DNA of 64,000 nucleotides from a virus (Duplodnaviria; Caudoviricetes): positions 1 to 64,000 of the IMG/VR virus record IMGVR_UViG_3300035520_000607. One strand, written 5' to 3'. Position numbers and translations under genes: made by a program. This document shows positions 59,318 through 64,000 of the stretch, in pieces (within the stretch, counting starts at the first letter, position 1; the number at the start of each line of letters is the position of its first letter). The notes beneath the pieces were generated by a model that did not search any database, was not told where the DNA came from, and saw only the letters and a program-made list of their open reading frames with translations.

Positions 59318-59767
59318 ATGATAAAAAAAATACTAACCTATCCTAAAGATAGAGATACTCTATCTCAAATTAGTGAGGAAGTCAAATCAATAGAAGATTA
59401 TAAAGATCTTATTCAAGATTTAAAAGATACGCTAAAAGATAATGGAGATACTGGAGTAGCTATTTCCGCAATTCAAATAGGAGAGCCAAAAAGAATTTGT
59501 TATATTAATTATGATAACAGAGAAATAGTTATGATTAATCCTATTATCACGTGGAAAAGATCTGGGGCTTCTGGAATGAAAGAATTTCTTGAAGGTTGTC
59601 TAAGCGCCCCTGGTAAATATAAGAAAGTATCTAGACCTCAAAAGGTAATTTGTCAATACACTGATGAGAATGGCGAATTAAAAGAAATTGCAGAAGGCGG
59701 ATGGATGAGCGCAATAATTCAACATGAACTAGATCATTTTGAAGGAATATGCAAAGTATCAGAATAG
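59318..59767 (+). CDS. def: Peptide deformylase
   Basis: GVAISAIQIG, INP, EGCLS, QHELDH. Confidence 0.92.
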   Translation: MIKKILTYPKDRDTLSQISEEVKSIEDYKDLIQDLKDTLKDNGDTGVAISAIQIGEPKRICYINYDNREIVMINPIITWKRSGASGMKEFLEGCLSAPGKYKKVSRPQKVICQYTDENGELKEIAEGGWMSAIIQHELDHFEGICKVSE

Positions 59768-59777
59768 GAGTATCTAA

Positions 59778-60077
59778 ATGGCAGAATTTAAAGTTCATAG
59801 TTTAAAAATAAAAACTGATGAAAATAATTTAAAAATAGAAGATTCTTATGTTATAAAAACAAAAGAAAAAATGACTTTAATATTAAATGATGCATTTAAA
59901 AAATTAGATTTATGGGACTTTAAAACGAAAAGAGATATGAATTCTTTAATAAGGCAATGGAGAACTTACAATAAGTTATATAAAATGCATTTATTTAGAA
60001 AGAAAACAAGAAGTTGTAATTTCAAAATAAAAAATAATAAAATTATAGAAATTATTTATATGATATTAGGATTTTAA
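59778..60077 (+). CDS. Hypothetical protein
   Basis: ORF with AGGAG RBS. Confidence 0.65.
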   Translation: MAEFKVHSLKIKTDENNLKIEDSYVIKTKEKMTLILNDAFKKLDLWDFKTKRDMNSLIRQWRTYNKLYKMHLFRKKTRSCNFKIKNNKIIEIIYMILGF

Positions 60078-60091
60078 AAGGAGGCACCTAA

Positions 60092-60469
60092 ATGAGCGAA
60101 GTAACAATGGGAACGCTATATGATTTAAATAAACAAGTTGTTCAAGCAGAGATATCTCTAACAGGAGAATATTTAGAAAAGAAAAAAGATATAATTAAAG
60201 ATTTTTTAAAAAATACTGATGGTATGTATTATATGCTATTATGTAATGAGAGAAAAGATTATACAGTATTTAGAAATGAATATAGACATGCGGGAGATCT
60301 AGATGCATTTGCTAATGTTTTAGTAGATGAATGTCTTCTTAACCGCGGATTAGTCAAAGGAATAGACAAAACAAAAGGTGAAACTGCTATCGAGATATGG
60401 CTATCAATAGATGGAGAAGCTTATGTATACTATTTCTTTAAATATGATGATGCAATTATAGAAATATAA
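60092..60469 (+). CDS. Hypothetical phage protein
   Basis: YYMLLCNE.KDYTVF, AIEIW; GGAGG RBS. Confidence 0.75.
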   Translation: MSEVTMGTLYDLNKQVVQAEISLTGEYLEKKKDIIKDFLKNTDGMYYMLLCNERKDYTVFRNEYRHAGDLDAFANVLVDECLLNRGLVKGIDKTKGETAIEIWLSIDGEAYVYYFFKYDDAIIEI

Positions 60470-60481
60470 GGAGGAAATACT

Positions 60482-60751
60482 ATGGGAAAAAGTATATTAG
60501 TAGATTGTAAAATGTTTACTAAACAACAAAAAGTTTTTGCCTTAGATGAAGAACATGGAATAACTGGAATTATAGATACTGAGATAGATAAAATCCCTGA
60601 AACTGTTATGTCTTTATCAAGAGATATTGAATGTAATGTAGTTAATATAAAAGGTTTAAAAGCTTATACAAAAGGGATAGAGAAAAATATAAAAGAATAT
60701 GAATTAAGTAAATATAACGAAAATAAACTAGTTATTAACTTAATTAAATAA
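60482..60751 (+). CDS. Hypothetical protein
   Basis: ORF with AGGAGG RBS. Confidence 0.7.
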   Translation: MGKSILVDCKMFTKQQKVFALDEEHGITGIIDTEIDKIPETVMSLSRDIECNVVNIKGLKAYTKGIEKNIKEYELSKYNENKLVINLIK

Positions 60752-60758
60752 AAGGAGA

Positions 60759-61022
60759 ATGAATATGAAATATTTAATTAGTACAACAGAAATATATAGA
60801 GCGGATTCAGAAGCTGAGGCTATAAAAATAATTGAAGATGCTAAAGCAGATACTCACTATGTTCTTTCAAAATATTCAAGTCAATATAAAGAAAGAAAAC
60901 AAAAAGGTGAAGTAGTAGATTCTTGGTATAAAGTTTCTTTAACTAAGTCATTTACTGATGAGAAAGAGCCTCAATTTGAAACAAGAGTAGAATATACAAA
61001 TAGTATGGAAAGTGCTTTTTAG
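60759..61022 (+). CDS. Hypothetical phage protein
   Basis: ORF with AAGGAG RBS. Confidence 0.7.
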   Translation: MNMKYLISTTEIYRADSEAEAIKIIEDAKADTHYVLSKYSSQYKERKQKGEVVDSWYKVSLTKSFTDEKEPQFETRVEYTNSMESAF

Positions 61023-61034
61023 AAAGAGGTTTAA

Positions 61035-61520
61035 ATGGAAAATACAGATATTATTATAAATGATGATGATAATTATATTAATACTATGATTAAATATAAA
61101 AAATTAAATGAATTAGCAAAAGAACCTAAACATGGAAGTGCGGATGCTGCCGGTTACGATCTTTATGCGGCAACCGCAGAAGATATATCTATTCCCGCAC
61201 ATACAACTGTTAAAATAGATACTGGTTTAGCTTTTGCTTTACCTAAATATACATTTGGAGCTATCTTTGCTAGAAGTGGTTTAGCTACTAAGCAAGGCCT
61301 TAGACCAAGTAACTGTGTCGGTGTCGTAGACGCGGATTACCGAGGTCCAGTCATTGTGGCACTTCATAATGATACAGATCAAGAGCAAATAGTTTCCGCA
61401 GGTGACAGAATTGCACAACTAGTATTATTGCCATATTTACCAATGTCTTTTATTGAATCTGATAATTTAGATGAAACTGAACGTGGAGATGGTGGTTTCG
61501 GTTCTACAGGGCTTAATTAA
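61035..61520 (+). CDS. dut: Trimeric dUTPase
   Basis: AAGYDL, ARSGLA, GVVDADYRG, GDRIAQL, RGDGGFGSTG. Confidence 0.95.
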   Translation: MENTDIIINDDDNYINTMIKYKKLNELAKEPKHGSADAAGYDLYAATAEDISIPAHTTVKIDTGLAFALPKYTFGAIFARSGLATKQGLRPSNCVGVVDADYRGPVIVALHNDTDQEQIVSAGDRIAQLVLLPYLPMSFIESDNLDETERGDGGFGSTGLN

Positions 61521-61627
61521 TAATTAGATGAAGTATTTATCTTCATCTTTTTTTATGTAAAAATTTCTTGACAAGGCTAGATAAAATATGATATAATAAA
61601 CTTGGAAATAAATAAGGAGGTGTCCAT

Positions 61628-62134
61628 ATGAGTATATTGAGTCTCGATTTATCCACAAAGAGTTCGGGGTGAGCAATCTTTGAAGGTGATGAATTAAAAA
61701 ATCATGGATGCATAACATCTTCATCAACAGATTTAATTAAGCGTATTCATATAATGATAGATGCTATTGATGAGATATTAAAAAATAATGATATAAAAGA
61801 AATCATAGTAGAGGAAGTCCGCCCTGAAGGAGGATATGGAGTTGGGAATATAAAAACAATGAAAGCCCTTATGTATCTTCAAGCGGGATTAGAATTTCTC
61901 ATTCATGATAATTATAAAAATAAAGTAGAAATTAATTATATATATCCTAGTTCTTGGAGAGCTTCTTGCGGTATTAAAAACGGAAGAGGAATAAAAAGAA
62001 CCTCATTAAAAGAGGCAGACATTGCTTTTGTTCAAGAGAAATATGGTATTACTGTAAATGATGATGAGGCGGATGCTATTTGCATTGGCTATGCTCAAAA
62101 TCATATTGAAAGTAACGAAATAAATTGGGGATAA
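61628..62134 (+). CDS. RuvC-like Holliday junction resolvase, TGA=Trp at 61670
   Basis: ATG 61628 after AAGGAGGT: MSILSLDLSTKSSG-W-AIF; IIVEE, PSSWR, DDEADAICIG. Confidence 0.85.
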
Positions 62135-62191
62135 AAAAAAGAAACTACCATCTAAGGTAGTTTTAATTTATGCATCTGTGCGTAAGATTAT

Positions 62192-62389
62192 TTAATCTTC
62201 ATCTTGTTTTTTCATTTCGTTATGTTCTATTATATCAGATTTATGATGATAATAAATAGCTTCTTCAAGATCTTTTATCATATCAATAACTTCTCCTAAT
62301 TCTGCAGTATTTATTTTTTGTAGTCCATTTGACATATATTCTTCAACAGAACAAATAAGAGTGTGTTCTATTTTATTTAATTTTTCCAT
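62192..62389 (-). CDS. Hypothetical protein (cassette gene 4)
   Basis: TAELGEVIDMIKDLEEAIYY; coupled to upstream ORF. Confidence 0.7.
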   Translation of the reverse strand: MEKLNKIEHTLICSVEEYMSNGLQKINTAELGEVIDMIKDLEEAIYYHHKSDIIEHNEMKKQDED

Positions 62390-62829
62390 TAAGCAGTCCT
62401 TTCTACAATTAAAACTACATTTTGAGTATTAATTGTTTGAGTAGTTGTATTTCTTATACTTATTTGGGCGCAACATCCGCATGGAATATCTATAAAGATT
62501 GTCTTATCAACAGCATTATAAGGGCCTGCAGTTGCGGAAGTAGTTATTACTGTTGAACTAAGAATAGGTTCTCCATTTAGAGTAATTGCTAAAGATATTG
62601 GGCCTGCGGTTCCAGTCGTAGGAAGTGCGACGTTTCCACCAAAAGTTATCTTAAATCTAACGCGGCTTTGATTAGTAGCGCCTTTTAAAGTTATTATACC
62701 ACTGCCATCGTCGTGGAATATGGAACTGCTCTTGTTGTGAGAAGAAGTTGTAAATAGAACATTTTGATTTGAGTCTATTGATTGAATAGCATTAGCTGTA
62801 AATTCCATGTTTGTTACCTCCATTAGCAT
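62389..62829 (-). CDS. BclA-C/TNF-like beta-sandwich protein (cassette gene 3)
   Basis: Q....NQNVLF, H..GSGIITL.G, F.GNVA, PCGCC..ISI.N. Confidence 0.65.
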   Translation of the reverse strand: MLMEVTNMEFTANAIQSIDSNQNVLFTTSSHNKSSSIFHDDGSGIITLKGATNQSRVRFKITFGGNVALPTTGTAGPISLAITLNGEPILSSTVITTSATAGPYNAVDKTIFIDIPCGCCAQISIRNTTTQTINTQNVVLIVERTA

Positions 62830-63671
62830 CCGCAGCTATTTCCATAAGGATATAAAGAAGAGGCTGGGAATGCAGGAACTGGTGTTGGTTTTAATGCGGA
62901 AATAAGATAATTATTTTGTCTCTCTTGAGAAGCTGATAATCTTAATTGAGCATTTTCAGTTTCTAATGATGAAATCTTATCATTTACTAAGAAATCTAAA
63001 ATACTTCTTGTGTTACAATTTTGGTTATCAATGATGTCTCTAGTAGTATTTTGAATAGTGTTTACAATGCCGCAAGTGTCTGTTGACATATTATATTTAA
63101 GGTCAGCAATTGCCGCCTTATTATCGCAACAACAGCTTGCTATTTGAGATTGTAAAGCATTTGTATTTTGTAAGTTACCAACAGCTATACCATCAATACT
63201 TCTTTGAATTGCATTAGCATTTTGCATATTTTCAACATTCATTCCATTAATAGATTGTTGTAATGCAAATGTATTTTGCATATTATTAGTATTTACACTA
63301 TTAATTCCTTCTTGAGTATTATAACCTAGAGTACAGACTGCATTGTCGATTCCGCGGAATTCGCTAGTTAAATTATTTTGAAGTCCTGAGAAACCATTTA
63401 GCATTCCAGTATTCATAGCATAGAATCCATCACATAATCCAGATTGAATTCCTCTTGTACTATTCTCTAATGATTGGAAATTCATATCTTGTGCTAATTC
63501 TCCACGAGTTAATGCACCATTATTGCCTCCCCAACCATTTCCTCCCCATCCCATAAACATGAATAGGAATAATATGATGATCCACCAAGCGCCATTTCCG
63601 CTTCCGAATCCATCTTGACCTGTTGCCGCAGCTACATCGGCTAAGCTGTAACCATTACCTGAGCTAAACAT
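62823..63671 (-). CDS. Gly/Asn/Gln-rich membrane-anchored coiled-coil protein (cassette gene 2)
   Basis: SLADVAAA, WWIIILFLF..GWGG, GLCDGFYA, CCCD, TRSILD motifs. Confidence 0.75.
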   Translation of the reverse strand: MFSSGNGYSLADVAAATGQDGFGSGNGAWWIIILFLFMFMGWGGNGWGGNNGALTRGELAQDMNFQSLENSTRGIQSGLCDGFYAMNTGMLNGFSGLQNNLTSEFRGIDNAVCTLGYNTQEGINSVNTNNMQNTFALQQSINGMNVENMQNANAIQRSIDGIAVGNLQNTNALQSQIASCCCDNKAAIADLKYNMSTDTCGIVNTIQNTTRDIIDNQNCNTRSILDFLVNDKISSLETENAQLRLSASQERQNNYLISALKPTPVPAFPASSLYPYGNSCGC

Positions 63672-63705
63672 ATATTTGCTCCTTTCTATTTATTTTTTTT
63701 GAATT

Positions 63706-63948
63706 TTACTTAATTCCAAACATTTGTTTAAAACTAGCAAATTCTTTATCAAAATCAATTCCTTTTTCTTTAGCTACATTACGAACAAATGTTTCTACCC
63801 CTTGGGTGTCCCCTTTTTGAACCATAGATAACAAGTTTTGTGCAGCGGGATTCTGACCAGCTTGTTGACTAAGCATATTCATAACAAAAGCCTGAGGATT
63901 GGAATTGCTTTTAACCATATTAATAAATTGCATCATATTAGAAGGCAT
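63706..63948 (-). CDS. Small Gln/Met-rich protein (cassette gene 1)
   Basis: NPQ..VM...NP..QNL..M...GD..G.E...RN...KG.DFD. Confidence 0.7.
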   Translation of the reverse strand: MPSNMMQFINMVKSNSNPQAFVMNMLSQQAGQNPAAQNLLSMVQKGDTQGVETFVRNVAKEKGIDFDKEFASFKQMFGIK

Positions 63949-64000
63949 TATTTATTTTCGCTCCTTCCTTTGCGGCGGGAGTGCTTTTTTTAGTATCTAC

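Overview
This AT-rich window comes from a large tailed-phage genome, probably infecting a walled Bacillota/Bacilli host (sigma-A-type promoters, CHAP endolysin with a peptidoglycan-binding domain). No virion structural genes are seen. The left arm (about 1-22.9 kb, mostly minus strand) holds a putative origin region, many small promoter-led genes, a DUF2828 (TROVE-like/vWA) gene and a dense RNA-gene region with about 11 tRNA genes, a tmRNA and several unexplained structured RNAs. The right arm (23-62.1 kb, plus strand) holds RNA repair, gyrase, lysis, a Mom-like modifier, NAD ligase, a full replisome, NrdDG, Def, dUTPase and a RuvC-like resolvase. Main observations: (1) TGA behaves as a sparse Trp codon (about 17 in-frame TGAs, many at motif-conserved Trp positions). 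(2) The only UCA-anticodon tRNA carries two complete Trp anticodon arms in tandem (UCA and CCA). (3) A tRNA-Met(CAU) is split by a 498-nt insert that is almost entirely a PD-(D/E)XK endonuclease ORF, with no recognisable ribozyme. (4) Four stem-CAGCAA small-RNA candidates occur, two beside the Ro60-like gene. (5) A group I intron with a GIY-YIG ORF sits inside another GIY-YIG gene. (6) A 6-nt amber-containing insertion lies in a helicase Walker A motif. (7) TGCGG/CCGCA appears strongly over-represented. All calls come from manual reading and motif recognition; no searches were run.
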